A stretch of DNA of 64,000 nucleotides, taken from Eledone cirrhosa (Eukaryota). The notes beneath the pieces were generated by a model that was given only the letters and a program-made list of their open reading frames with translations, made no database searches and was not told where the DNA came from. The stretch covers positions 5,890,001 through 5,954,000 of the forward strand of contig OZ024755.1 of assembly GCA_964016885.1 (NCBI GenBank), given 5' to 3'. Numbering within the stretch: the first letter of the stretch is position 1; each line of letters opens with the position of its first letter. The translations under genes were made by a program, and so were the position numbers. Positions 39,401 through 53,240 of this stretch are shown here, one piece after another.

Positions 39401-42400
39401 GAGAGAGAACTATGTGATAAAATTCACAAGGCTGATCAGCACGATACTCTAACAAGCACCTTCTCTAAATCAACAAATGCTTGGTATAGTGGCTAACCCT
39501 TGTCCCTTGCCTAGAAAGTTCTCTTGTAAGTTCTCTACACCAAGAAGAGGGCATCTGTTGTACTCTGAGCTGACACAAATCTAAACTGTACTTCATCTAA
39601 GCTAATTCTACACACTTTCTTTTACTTTCATAACTTTCATATATAAATTCTAAGTAAAAAGTATATTTAAAAAACTCACCAATACAAATATACTGGTAAT
39701 AATAGCAATAACTAGATTCCGCATTCGATCCTGTAGAGAGAGAAAAATAAAGAATTTAAAATATTGACTGTTTTTATCTATATTTTCAATGCTAATAAAA
39801 AAAGCTTTAACCCTTTAGTATTTACAACATTACCCTATATATACTATTGCATTTTTGTGGTAAAGGTTTTATCTCACATAATTATCTCACACAATATCGA
39901 ATCTATGAGATTTTGATGTTATTTATTTTGAGAACAATATCTTAACATCAGTATGAGTGGCCAGCTATGGCCGGTTTGAGCAGAAAGAGGTGCGAAAATT
40001 CTGGCCAGATACTAAAGGGATAACCTGTCCCTTGGTTTAACCCTTTTGTTACCATATGTCTAACAAAGACACTCTCTAAGATTTTCAAATAATTTTGAAA
40101 ACTTTTTTTGATTATTAAATCTGATTGCTCTCATAAATGGACCTCTATATGACAAATGACAACACGACTTAAACTTTGATCCAACAATGTTCAACAATCA
40201 ACAACAGTTCTGTTATATAGTTTTCTACTCTTAAACAACATTATCAATAATATCTGGCTGATAATACTGATAATAAGCTGCCAATGAGGGAAGACTGTAA
40301 ACTACATGTGCTGGCTTATCTTCTGGATTATTTCATTGCTTACTCAGAAGGAAAGGACAGTGTCCTTGACTTTTTGTTATTTTAGGGACACCGAGTCAGA
40401 TGCGAAGGAGGGGGGAGGGAGGGAAGGAAGGATGGAGGGAGAAGGGGAAAGGAAGGAGGTATCTTAACATCAAAGACTTGGTCTGATTGCTTTGCAACAA
40501 AGTAGATTCCACTAAAATCAACCAAAGGTTATGGGATTTCAATACAGAATGCAAGGATTTAAAATAAATACTGCAAGGCTGTCACTCTAATAGCCCTGCC
40601 AATTCACCAGATATAGTAGTCAAATCTCCCTCAGATCACGTATCTGGCTAGAATTGTCTCACCTCTTTCTGTTCAAACCGGTTGTAACTGGCCACTCATA
40701 TTGATATTAAGGTATTGTTCTTAAAAGAAATAACATCAAAATCTCATAACTTTAAAATTGATAGTTTTATTTCATAGTCCCAAAGCCAGTTTTGGCTGGG
40801 TTAGTAACCTAATGTTAAAGGTCCTTACATTGACCTCTTGGTAACTGTTCAGAGACGTGCAACCAAGCGAATACCCTCCATCAGGCATCTACCATACTCT
40901 CAACGCATTGCTTCCCTGGGCATGGATACATGGAAGCTCCAACATCTGGCAACTGACTTCGTAAACACCCACAAAATTATTAACCATCTTACCAACAACA
41001 ACCCTGAGAAACCTCCATGCTTCCTGAAATTCACCAACACTATACCTAATGTCGCCCCTCCATACACACACATGCATGTATCTGAGTGTATATCATGACT
41101 CATACACTATTCACTTTCCTGATATTTGTACATTATCCTATGTACTCTACATGAACCTTTGATGAGTTGTAGTGCACCAGAGCACTGTACACTATAATTT
41201 CATCATTACTCACGAAGGGCGGTGGATTGGCAGTATCGGTAAAGGGTTGGACACCATGCTTTGCAGCAAAGAATTACGGCCCATTATGATCTTATGATCA
41301 TAAATTATAAATCCCGCCGAGGTTAACTTTGCTTTTCATCCTTACGGGGTCGATAAAATAAAGTACCAGTAATGTACTGGGTATTTGCTGGCCTTATGCC
41401 TAAAGTAGAAACAATTATGAGTTCAAATCCGGCCGAGATTAACTTTGCCTTTCATCCTTACGGGGTCGATAAAATAAAGTACCAGTAATACACTGGGATA
41501 ATTGCTGGCCTTGTGCCAAAAGTAGAAACAATTATTATTACTCACTAAAATAAATAGCTTTGTACTGTAAAACCAGGTGTGGTTTCAGTTGGGTTGGTAT
41601 CAAAAGAAATGTTAAACCAGCATTCGAATACCATAAAGATATGAAAGTGATTAAAATATGTTGTAGTGCACCTGAGCACTGTACACACTAATTTCATTAT
41701 ATTATTATTTATTATTTTAAACCATGTGATGTATCACAAAAAGCTGGTATTGTGGCTGTACAATAAAAACAAAAAATAGTCTTTTGTTTCTTATGCTTTG
41801 TATTTTCTATATTTTGTGGAATTGTTTAAATAATTGGTTAAATACTTGAATACACAAGAGAGATTCCTGCTGTGCATTCCATTATCATAAGGTTTATTGT
41901 TGACAATTATATTACATATATAAAAGTGAGTGAAAATATCATACATGAAAATATAGAGTTGCATATAAATATTAATTACACACAGATATTAAGATTAGAG
42001 AGCTAATTAATGGATAATAAGAAAAGCAAGATATTCTTAAGTTTTCTGTTTCATCAATTAATACCAAAATAAAGCTGTAGATTATCTATGAGCTTTCAAG
42101 AAGGGGGCTTCTACATGCTCATTCAACCTTCAAGAAATTGTACCCCAATTTTCCTCAATTTATACTTGGACCATCTTAAATGATATTTTCGACATATAAT
42201 ACATTGAGTTTATCCATATCTTGATATATTTGACTTACTATTTAGCATTTAAACCGGCCATATCTGGCCAGAATTCTCTCTTCTCTTTCTGTTCAAACTG
42301 GGTGTAAATGTCCACTCATACTGATGTTAAGGTATTGTTTTTCAAAATAAAAAAGGATCGATCGACTTTCGTCAAATTGGACCGAGGAAACAATGTTTTC

Positions 42401-42839
42401 GTTGGTCTTTCCAGTTGCTAGTACTATCTATTGGTAATATCCAGGTAGAAGGAGTAACATGAAATAAAGTGACTTGCTCAAGGACATAACGCATCGCCCG
42501 GTCCATGAACCGAACTCACAACCTCAAGATTGTGAATCCAATTCTCTAATCACTCAGCCACACGCCTTTCAAAATAAATAACATCAAACTCTCATAGATT
42601 ATGTAAGATAAAGCCTTTACCACAAAAATACAAACGTATATATAGAGTAATGTAAATGGTAAAGTGTTAAGAGGAGACCTCCACTTATAATCTGATTCTT
42701 TATATCTGTTCTCTTATAGAGAGATTAGAAGAATCTAATTTAAGAAATAATGAGATATATAAACAATAGAAAAATTACTTACAGTTGGTTTGGGAATCCC
42801 AAATAAAGGTTTCATTGCATTATCTTCATAACCATTCAT
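36317..42839 (-). CDS. TMEM243: TMEM243 homologue, complete, 123 aa, 4 coding exons
   Basis: Spliced product MNGYEDNAMKPLFGIPKPT|DRMRNLVIAIITSIFVL|ETLICAFIFPCSPPNKHDGVNIFFGFIIMMVCGSHITL|IIWYREGNLEPVFRNMIYFNTFSIVLLCLCGNLYIYGVGLAQKYNCTIT*. It matches the recalled TMEM243 pattern (PLFG..DR..NL..AF.FP..NIFF..WYR.G.LEP.FR..IY..NLY). All introns are GT-AG, phase 0. Confidence 0.93.
36500..37192 (-). mobile_element. L1/Tx1-like LINE 3' fragment (C-terminal CCHC zinc knuckle plus 3' UTR)
   Basis: CPRC...E...H.LVQCP....LW motif in ORF 36743-37252, followed by a UTR ending in a (TTA)n tail. Confidence 0.75.
38457..38570 (-). CDS. TMEM243: TMEM243 coding exon 3
   Basis: ttttcag|ETLICAFIFP...HITL|gtaagt, 114 nt. 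Confidence 0.9.
38610..39015. repeat. Minisatellite with a unit of about 49 bp
   Basis: acagatgtgaggttcatatcacatggtaggatatgatggttagttagca, tandem. Confidence 0.9.
39680..39730 (-). CDS. TMEM243: TMEM243 coding exon 2
   Basis: ctacag|DRMRNLVIAIITSIFVL|gtgagt, 51 nt. Confidence 0.9.
42783..42839 (-). CDS. TMEM243: TMEM243 coding exon 1
   Basis: ATG at 42839 with an in-frame TAA just upstream; donor ACT|gtaagt; probable acceptor near 43032. Confidence 0.88.
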
Positions 42840-43485
42840 CTTGAAAAGTTAAATCCAACAGAATGATACAGTCTTTTTTTTTTTTTTATCTTAAATTACC
42901 AATCTTCTGATAGCATTTACAGCATGATATCGAAAGTAAAGATATCATCACATCAAATAATACATAACGTTGAAATATCTGTAAATGTGCAACTGAACAG
43001 CTTCATCGGTACAGAGGTGATGTGATATTCAGCTGTAAAGATAAAGGCATAAAAATAACATGGTTAGGCTTCAAACATCAGCTTAACCCTTTAGAATTTA
43101 AACCAGCTATATCCGGCCAGAATTATCTCATCTCTTTCTGTTCAAACTGGCCATAGCTGTCCCCTCATACCAATCTTAAGGTATTGTTCTCAAAATAAAT
43201 AACATCAAAATCTCAGATTCAATATTATTATTTCTACTTTTGACACAAGGCCGACAATTATCCCAGTGCATTACTGGTACTTTATTTTATCGACCCCGTA
43301 AGATTCAATATTATCTGAGATAATTATGTAAGATAAAGCCTATACCATGAAAATACTACTAGAGCCCCTGCTTTTCCCTTCCTTTACCATTTAAAAATTA
43401 TTTTCTTATTTTACATTCTATTCTTTCTTCTCAATCTATTTTTTTTTCTTATTATTTAATTTTTTTCTATTTATTAAATAAATTA

Positions 43486-43654
43486 CTGTATTTCCCGGCG
43501 CCGAAGACGCTACTTTTTACCTAAAATAAGTCTCAAAAATCTTCCATGTGTCCTGGAGGCCGAAGGTGGTTTATTAATTTTTTTTCAAATTTTTGGTTGT
43601 CAAAATTAGGGTGCGTCCTCGAGGACGAAGTGTCTTCAGTACCGGGAAATATGG
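43486..43654. mobile_element. pogo-type MITE
   Basis: TA|CTGTATTTCCCGGCGCCGAAGACGC ... GTGTCTTCAGTACCGGGAAATATGG|TA. Confidence 0.7.
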
Positions 43655-44009
43655 TATGTATTATACATGTATACATCAATTATAAAATCAGATCGTAAGT
43701 TAGTTATATTACTAAATCCCAAGAGTTTTAATCTCATCTTGGTTTTTATGTCTGCTTTCCATGTTGACAATATAGATCTGCTCACATGAGAGTGTTTATC
43801 AGTTAGATGGTTCACAGACATTTGATCTACTCACTGTAAACATATTACAGTATTAATTTGGTATTAGCTAAGAGCTGATTCATCTTATTAATCATATTTA
43901 CATTAATAAACACGTAAATAGTTAGTCTGTTAGATATATTATTAATCAATTAGTAGGTGACAATTGAAATAGTTATGCCAGGAATCCCAGTGGAAGGAAG
44001 CCACAAGAG

Positions 44010-44410
44010 AGATAATAATAATAATAATGAAATTATTGTGTACAGTGCTCAGGTGCACTACAACTCATCACATGTGCATGTATAGTACATAGAATAATAT
44101 ACAAATGTCAGGGAAGTGAATAGTATATGAGTCATGATATACATGAGTGTATGTGTATGGAGGGGGGGATATCAGGTGTAGTGTTGACGAATCTCAGGAA
44201 GCATGGAGATTTTAAAGGATGCAGTGTCTCGACAGCTAACAACTGATGCAGGCAGTTTGTTCCATGCTTCAGCAACTCTGAGCATAAAAAAATGTTTCCG
44301 AAAATCATGGGAGTTGTGTTGTTTTCTGACTTTGTTGGCATGCCCACGTGTGTTAGACACATGGAAATCAAAAAGGTATTCAGGGTTGTTGTTGGGGAGA
44401 TGGTTAATAT
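44010..44410 (-). mobile_element. CR1/L2-type LINE 3' end
   Basis: TRGH..K....RKHFF..RV...WNKLP..VV motif; further copies at about 13770-13990, 31850-32150 and 40820-41210 (+). Confidence 0.8.
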
Positions 44411-44872
44411 GGTTAATAATTTTGGTTAATATGGTTAATAATAAGCATTAACCATTTCATGACTGCATTTCTAATGAAATACTATTTTAATTAATTAATG
44501 AAGAATTTTGAGGGATTTACTAAAATTATTAATTATTTCATTACTAAGATAGTAACTTAATTAATGCGAACAAAATTTTAATCTAAATAGGAACCATGTA
44601 TTTCATTTAATTAATGAAGAATTTTGAAGCTTGTGTCATTCGTGATGCCCGAGGGAGGGTGGGCCGCTGACAAATTGTATTTACAGATGTCTATTTGCCT
44701 GTCATTTGTTGTGTGTGGTCCTAGATGCATGTATTACCTACTTGTGGGCGTGTATATATATATATATATATATATTACGTATACAAGTAGGTAATACATG
44801 TAGGTTATATATATATATATATATACAATATATTAATAAATGGAAACTATATTTATAAAACCATATTTATGC

Positions 44873-44922
<50 letters not shown>

Positions 44923-46199
44923 GCATACATACACACGAGTGGGGCAAAGTGAAATTAATTGGATGAGGAATTTCCATTTTCTTCTATGATACCTAATTAC
45001 ACTAATTATTATTTAAGATATTTACAAGTGGAATTTGAACGAAAAAGTTAGTCTATGAGCGCTGGAGAAAACCGTAACAACTTTGTGTTTATTTACATAT
45101 ATACAGTTAACAAAATAAATGTATAATGATTTCTAATTTAGTCTCAAGGCCAACAATATGGGGGAGGGGAAAGTCGATTAAATCCACTCCAGTGCATTAC
45201 TGGTACTTTATTTTATCGGCCGAGAACGGATGGAAGGCAAAATTAACCTCATGAATGATTTCTAATTTTCACACAAGGCCAACAATTTGTGGGGAGGGGA
45301 AAGTCGATTACATCATACGTGACTGGTACTCTATTTTATCGACCCCGAAAGGATGAAAGGCAAAGTAGACCTTGACGGGATTTGAACTCGGGACATACAG
45401 ATCGGGAATAAATGCCGCAAAGCATTTTCTCTGACACTCTACCGATTCTGATAATCCAATTAATAATAACAATAAAAATGAGTCAGAAAAAACAATTGTG
45501 TTATTTATTTTATGTTAGAGGTGGTAGTTTTTTAATTGGCAATTAAACAAATAAGTTTTATGCTGTGCGGCTGAGGAGATGTGTAACGAGAATAATTGGG
45601 GAAGTGGTTTAAATACTTTCTCTTATTATATAGTTAATTTACTAACCAAAGAGAAACTTTAGTGCTTTATATACTTATGTGTCTAGGCTTTCTCACAGGT
45701 TTTTGTTTTAAATTCCACCCTTCATTTTACTTTCTGCAAATTGTCAATCTTTCGATAATTAATGCGAACAAAATTTTTGTATGATAAAATTTATTTGCTA
45801 ATTAATCCCAAACGGCTTAATTAGCAAAGGTAATGAATGTGACTATTAAATTGATTAATAGAAGACTTGAAGTCTTGTTTCTGAATTGAATATTAAGTCA
45901 GAGCCGAATCTAAGTGGGTATTAAATCTATCTATCTCGGGTCCAGCATTGGCAACCCCTCATTCATGGAAAGGGGCGAAGAGGTCGTCCTGAGATAAACT
46001 GGCGACAGACACCTGAAACCCGTCAACAAAAAGTTAGAAGGAAGTATAGATAGATGCAACTGACCGTGGTCATTGGAAGGGCACTGTGGTTTCTAGATCT
46101 AAGTATCTCTCTATATATCATATATATATTATAAACACACATAAGCAAGAGTGATTGTAAACATGTGTGACTGTAACGACAAATATAATTAAAACTCAC

Positions 46200-46400
46200 C
46201 TCATACATTTCAGTAAATACAAAAAATAAAGTATCTATTCACGATTATATTGTCATAGGTTCATATTGTAATATTTTGATAATTTCAGGTAGAACTTAGT
46301 GTAATGATATGTATTGTTGTTTGTGGGATTATCTCTGTATAAGTCCAACAATGTTAATAATTGTCTGTTTGTGAACTCTGCGACGTATGTCTACAAAACG
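46200..46400 (-). other. Candidate non-coding first exon of TMEM243
   Basis: Strong donor GAG|gtgagt at 46200 in unique sequence; the 5' end is a guess. Confidence 0.35.
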
Positions 46401-46817
46401 GTGTCGTAATAAAATAGCAGACATCTGCTCTTACAGTAATCTCCCCTTTAGTGTTTGCTGCTGCTGCTTTCCTTTAGCTCAACCTTTTTGTTACCGTATT
46501 TCCTAGAAGCCCAACGCTTTCGTTAACGTATTTCCCAGTAGCTTAGCCCTTTCGTTACCGTATTTCCCAGTAGTTCAGCCTTTTCGTTACCATATTTCCA
46601 AGTAGCTCAGCCCTTTCGTTACCATATTTCCAAAAAGCACCTTGTACTCACTGTAAATGTGGTTGGCGATAGAAAGGGGATCTAGTTTCTAGAAATCAAG
46701 CCAAAATCTGTACTGTATGAGCAAGACATGGTTACCTGACCCGGCATTACTCATAACAGGACAACTCGTCTAACCCATGCTAGCATCGAAAAGTAGACGT
46801 TAAATGATAGTGATGAT

Positions 46818-46854
<37 letters not shown>

Positions 46855-46859
46855 GTAAT

Positions 46860-47050
46860 AATAATAAATGTGAAGACTAAAATCCAAAGAGGGCTCAATA
46901 AGGATAAATATATATCAAATATATAAGAGCCCTGGAGAAAATATTTATTAAAATAACAAATTAAAATTTAAGCAAAGAATCGCTGCTTTCACCCTTAACG
47001 TTAAGGGCGAAAGCAGCGATTCTTTGCTTAAACTTTAATCTATTTTAATA
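46860..47050. mobile_element. Second fold-back element family, copy 1
   Basis: Palindrome taagcaaagaatcgctgctttcaccctt...aagggcgaaagcagcgattctttgctta plus a tail, between (TA)n tracts. Confidence 0.7.
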
Positions 47051-47069
47051 TATATATATATATATATAT

Positions 47070-47327
47070 AACAAAGAGGGTGTGGTAAGATACCAGGTGA
47101 ACCATAACGCAACAGAGAGTACTCAATACTTAGGGTAGTAGAGTGGGTAATAGGAAAAGAGTCAGGACCCCGACGGCTGAGCTCCGGCCGTTTCGATGCA
47201 GCTGGATCGAAACGGCCGGAGCTCAGCCGTCGAGGCTCTCACACTTTTCCTTGCTATATCAAGCGTTAACCTAATATATCCCTTCCATATACTGTACCGA
47301 TTGTGTTGTTATTTCTGTTTTCCTTTT

Positions 47328-47335
<8 letters not shown>
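47070..47335. mobile_element. Fold-back half-hammerhead element, copy A
   Basis: Palindrome cgacggctgagctccggccgtttcg...cgaaacggccggagctcagccgtcg plus the shared ~90-bp tail, between microsatellites. Confidence 0.75.
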
Positions 47336-47398
<63 letters not shown>

Positions 47399-48439
47399 CG
47401 TGTGTGTGTATGTATGTATGTATGTATGTAAATATATATTTATATATATATGGGTGGGTGTCAGGGTTAGTTCAGTTTGTGTTAAGCTCATGCAACTGAG
47501 TACATATTTCTGTTTGTTTTTAAATATAATTTTTGTGTCATACCTTGTTAGGATGTAAATAATTTCTCTGTTGACAGCGCTGTCAAATTAGTTCCCTCTC
47601 TTACAATTCACATCCTTCTATCCTCTTAAACAGATTAACTAGCAATAATAACAATAAAAAAAACTACCCTCTGTCTTTTAGTTTATGTATTTTTGTTGTT
47701 CTATCGTCACCCCGGGCTAAACCAGCCCACCTTTGTTTTACAGTCTTTTTTTACTACTTTTTTGTCATCCTCTAACCATAATTCTCTTTTCTTCTTCCCA
47801 CGTCCCAACATTCCGACGAGGGTAGTGGGGGTAGGGGTGGGGTGCTGAGGAAGGGGGGGGGGTGAGGAAGGGGCGGTTGTGGTGGTAGAGGTGGGGTGCT
47901 GAAGAGGCGGTGGTTGTGGTGGTAGAGGTTGTGGTTGTGGTGGTAGTGGTGGGGTGCTGAGGAAAGGGTGCTGTTGGTAGTGGTGGGGAGGCTAATATTC
48001 TATATTACACGAAAAATGAACAAACAAACAAAAAAACACCACATTGTATCGCCATGTACCGTCTTTAATGTTTTCTTAATGTGAGCCCTGTGTGGCTAAT
48101 ATAAAAAAAATCATTATTATATAGTGAAATAATAATTGTTTCTACTTTTGGCGCAAGGCCAGCAATTCCCAGTGCATTACTGGTACTTTATTTTATCGAC
48201 CCTGTAAGGATAAAAGGTAAAGCTCACCTTGGCGGAATTTGAACTCGTGACGTAAAGTTCGTCATTTCTAGTCTTGGCCACAAGGCGATGGTGACTATAC
48301 AAATATGAAAACCCACATAAAGTGGGGTTCATATTAAAAAGGGGACAACCACAATAGGAAAACTGTAGACATAGTAGTAGTAGTAGTAATTTCATTTATT
48401 ACTACAAGGGCCAAGGATGTGATACAAATAAATACTCTT

Positions 48440-49062
48440 ACCATCACCATTACAACAACAACAACCACAAACGCTGCCACTGTACCACCACTACCACAAC
48501 AACAAAAACTGCCGCCATCGCACCATCACCACCACCACCACCAAAAATACCATCACCATCACCAACACCACCACCACAACAACAACCGCCGCCACCGCAC
48601 CACCACAACAACAACCGCCGCCACCGCACCACCACAACAACAACCACCGCACCACTACCACAAACACCACCACCAGCTCCGACACAACCAGTACCATCAC
48701 CAACACCACCACCATCACAAACACCACCACTACAACCACTAATACAAACACCACCACCACTACCACCACAACCACCAATACAAACACCACCACCACCATC
48801 ACAAACATCACGATGACTACCACCACCATCACAAACACCACCACCACTACCTCCACCACCATCACAAACACCACCACCACTACCACCACCACCATCAGAA
48901 ACACCACCACCACTACCACCACAACCACCAATACAAACACCACCACCACCATCATCACTGCCATCAAAACCACCAACACCAGCAACATCAAATCCATCAC
49001 CACCACCATCACCACCACCACATGTAGTCCACCACCACCGACCCCGCCAACACCAACAACAT
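48440..49062. repeat. (CAC/CAA/CAT)n trinucleotide tract
   Basis: Low-complexity sequence. Confidence 0.9.
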
Positions 49063-49069
49063 CAAGACC

Positions 49070-50172
49070 AATCCCCTCTCTATATCTCATTACATAGCTC
49101 AGTCACTCTCACTAGACCAACATTCCCCTCTCTCACTAAACCACTAAACTCTCTCACCCTCACTACATGCCATTACATACCTCACTCTCTAACTCTTACA
49201 ATTCCCCCTCTCTCACTAAAGCACCAAACACTCATCCCCTCTCTCTATGCCATTACATACCTCACTCTCTTTCAGAATTCCGCCTCTCTCACTAAACCCC
49301 CAAACACTCTCCCCCTCTCTATATGCTATTACATGCCTCACTCTCGCTCACTCTCACAATTCCCCCTCTGTCACTAAACCACCGAACTCTCTCACTCTCC
49401 CTCTATCCCACTACATACCTCACTCTCTTTCAAACTTCCCCCTCTCTCACTAAATCACCAAACACTCTCCCCCCTCTCTATATGCCATTACACACCTCAC
49501 TCTCACTCACAATTCCTCCTTTCTCACTAAACCACTAAACTCTCTCACCCTCAATACATGCCATTACATACCTCACTCTCTAACTCTTACAATCCCCCCT
49601 CTCTCACTAAGCTACGGAACTCTCTCATCCTCTCTATATCCCACTACATCCCTCACTCTCTTTCAAAATACCCCCTCTCTCACTAAAGCACCAAACTCTC
49701 TCACTCTTTCTATATGCCATTAAATACCTCACTCTCTCTCACTCTCACAATTTCCCCTCTCTCACTAAAGCACCAAACACTCTCCCCCTCTCTATATCAC
49801 ATTATATACCTCACTCTCTCTCTCACTAAACCACCAAACTCTCCACCCTCTCTATATACCACTACATACCTCACTCTCTTTCAAAATACCCCCTCTCTTA
49901 CTAAAGCACCGAACACTCTTCCCTTCTCTATATGCTATTACATACCCCACTCTCTCTCATTCTCTCAATTACCCCTCTGTCACTAAACTATTAAATTCTC
50001 TCACCCTCTCTATATCTCTCTCTCTCACAATTTCCTCTCTCCCACTAAAGCACCCCCCCTATATGCCATTACATACCTCACTCTGTCTCACACAATCGCC
50101 CCCCCCCCCTCTGTCACTAAATTACCAAAATCTCTCACCCTCTCTATATGCCATTACATGCCCCACTCTCTC
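49070..50172. repeat. Degenerate C/T-rich tandem repeat, unit about 70 bp
   Basis: Recurring ccctctctcactaaa...atgccattacatacctcactctct. Confidence 0.85.
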
Positions 50173-50234
50173 ACATAATATGTATGTGAATTATAGCAAT
50201 TCAAAGGGCTTCCTTGGCCTTTTATCTACGGATA

Positions 50235-50277
<43 letters not shown>

Positions 50278-50362
50278 CACAAATATGACCCTCCCCAAGT
50301 ATAACAATATTTGTTTCGACACACGATTTCATATAAAAAACCTCGCTAAACTAATTCATCGC

Positions 50363-50414
<52 letters not shown>

Positions 50415-50420
<6 letters not shown>

Positions 50421-50620
50421 TAAAATAACAGATTAAAGTTTAAGCAAAGAATCGCTGCTTTCACCCTTAACGGGATCTTCTGAGGGTGAAAGCAGCGATT
50501 CTTTGCTTAAACTTTAATCTATTATTTTAATAAATATTTGCTTAACGGTTTTATATATTTTATATATATATTATCTTTATCAAGCCCTCTTCGGATTTTA
50601 GACTTCACATTTATTATTAT

Positions 50621-50622
<2 letters not shown>
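50415..50622. mobile_element. Second fold-back element family, copy 2 (opposite orientation)
   Basis: Same arms and tail as 46860-47050, between two long (TA)n tracts. Confidence 0.7.
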
Positions 50623-50703
<81 letters not shown>

Positions 50704-51404
50704 TACTTGGGGAGGGTCATATTTGTGTAATAATATTGCCAGAATTAATAATAGAACACACTCACTGTTTGGTTGGTTTTCGCTTCTGTGTCTTTTATAT
50801 CGGTTAATTTAATTTATTCGGTCCTCAATGTTACCATTGACTGACCAACGGTAAAAAATACAGATAAATATAGACACAAACACATATATATAGTCTAACA
50901 TAGTTCTTTCGTTGCACATCTGCAACATCGTCAGTGGTGCTATTATGTTTCCTCCCGTTGTATTGTATGCCTACGCCATATTTATTTAGTCTGTTTATTT
51001 ATTTATTTGTTTATATTTTTTTGTCTTCTCTGCGCATGCGTTTGCGTGTGTGTATAGTGTTTTGTTTGATGTGTGTTCGTGTTTGGGTGACTGTGTATTG
51101 GTTATTGTATTCAATCTTAGTTTACTAGTGTGTGTTTATATGTGTTTGTTGTTATTTTGCTTGTGTATGTATTTATTTATTTATTTATTTATACTTCTCT
51201 TAGGTCAGTGTTGTTTGTTTGGGTGTTGTTGTTATTCCATTCATTTTTTCTGTTTAGCCTTGGTCTTCTAAGTTCTTTTTCACTGGCCTCTCTGATTTGC
51301 CTATCTGCTGGGTCATTTCTATGTTTAGATATTATTCTAATTTCTATGTTGTCTATGTTACCGTCGTGTTGTTGTCTGGCGTGTTCGTATATATATATAT
51401 ATAT

Positions 51405-51615
51405 ATGAGGAGAGTCAGGACCCCGACGGCTGAACTCCGGGCGTTTCGACAGCTAGATCCGAACTCCGAACTGAGTTCGGATGTAGCTGTCGAAACGGCC
51501 GGAGCTCAGCCGTCGGGGTCGTCACTCTTCTCTTATTACCCACTCTACTACCCTAAGTATCGAATACTCTGGTACGTTGTGGTCCATCTGGTATCTTACC
51601 ACACCTTTTTTGTTA
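51405..51615 (+). mobile_element. Fold-back half-hammerhead element, copy B
   Basis: Same family, opposite orientation, longest central hairpin; flanked by (TA)n. Confidence 0.75.
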
Positions 51616-51618
51616 TAT

Positions 51619-51664
<46 letters not shown>

Positions 51665-53024
51665 GTTATTCCAGGTTGAATCGGAGGTAACCACAGTAAG
51701 TAAGGTAACCACAGTAAGTAAGGTACTCAATACATAGCAGAGTATAACAGTTTTAATATAGATGAGATTCTACAGGACTAGAACTGTTTCATTCATTAGA
51801 AATCATCAGGAATATATATATATATATATGCACACAAAAAACATGCCTGTGTGCGTTCGTTTCATTTGTTAGATTGATAGATATTGTACAACACATACAC
51901 ACACACGCGCGCGCGAGAGAACCGTCCAGGGTGTCATATTTCTGTTCGTACAGATATAGCTATATCTTTTTTAGATACGATATTACACATAAATAAATTA
52001 GTCACCAAGTTAACTAAACAAGTTAGGTAACTCTTGCTGAAATTTTATTTCGTTAGGAGTTAGTTACCTTGTTTCTTATAATAGTTTTTTTTTGTTTCTT
52101 TTTTCTTCTGTTGCCTTATTTGTTATCAGGACCCGATTTAGACCTTGCGGGGCCCGGGTCATTTCAAGTTTGGGCGACCCCCTCATACACAAAAAATTAG
52201 AATACACAGCAAACCACTAATTTTACATACCAAAGGTCACTTGGCACAAGTAATTTGAATTGAAAAGTTGACTTAATTAGGGAGTTCGGCTCACGATCGT
52301 AAAGTCATAAGTTCAATTCCCAGCGTCGCGTTAAGTCCCTGAACAAGACATTTTATTTCCCGTTGCTCCAGTTCCATAAAATGACAAAATATTTCAACAA
52401 CACTGTACAATAATTGTCTCTACTTTTGGCACAAGGCCAGCAATTATCACAGTGTATTACTGGTACTTTATTTTATCGACCCCGTAAGGATGAAAGGCAA
52501 AGTTAACCTCGGTGGGATTTGAACTCAGACCATAAAGGGCCGTAACTCTTTGCTGCAAAGCATGGCGTCCGACACTCTATCGATCCTGACAATGTAGGTC
52601 AGACATGTGTCTTGTATACAGACATCAACTAATCAGAACAACAGTGTTTTCTAACCTTGATGTGAAAGTCTAGACTTTGATATGAAAAGAGATATTGATG
52701 ACATAAATATAAAATGATTTTATCTCGATAAAATAACAATAAAACTCAATATTATCATCGTCCTTCTCTTCCTGGTCGTCCTGATCATTTAACTTGATTT
52801 TAGCGAAGATTAATCACTACAAACCATCCTCCGGGGAAACGCCTTCTCCATTCTGTCGGCCGGAACTGTGGGGAAGCCAGCACGTGGGACCCCATTTGCT
52901 CACCATACAGAGATATGGGGAGGGCTAGAAAGATGGAGGCGGTGACAGGGGGAGTTCTGCTATTCCACGTTCGGACCATATCCTTGTGGTTGTGTTCATT
53001 ATCTATAGATAACTATATAACAAG

Positions 53025-53240
53025 TGAAGGCGCGTGGCTGAGTAGTTAGAGAATTGGATTCGCAATCGTGAGGTTTTGAGTTCCATTCCTGGACCCGGCG
53101 ATGCGTTATGTCCTTGAGCAAGACACTTTACTTCATGTTGCTCCTTCTACCTGGAGTTGCGACCGATAGATAGTATTAGCAATTGGAAAGACCAACGGAA
53201 ACATTGTTTCCTCGGTCCGATTTGACGAAAGTCGATCGAT
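53025..53240 (+). mobile_element. tRNA-headed SINE with gtccttgagcaagacactt core
   Basis: A box tggctgagtagtt, B-box-like gagttccattcc. Reverse copies near 38180-38395, 42360-42570 and 58255-58410; related heads near 14350-14490 and 25625-25765. Confidence 0.8.

Noticed and set aside
51031-51040. TGCGCATGCG (NRF1-like) as the TPC promoter
   Set aside because: It is a single motif in GT-rich, probably repeat-derived sequence, with no supporting exon.
53025-53100. tRNA gene
   Set aside because: The tRNA-like head runs straight into a SINE core, and diverged copies occur elsewhere in the window.
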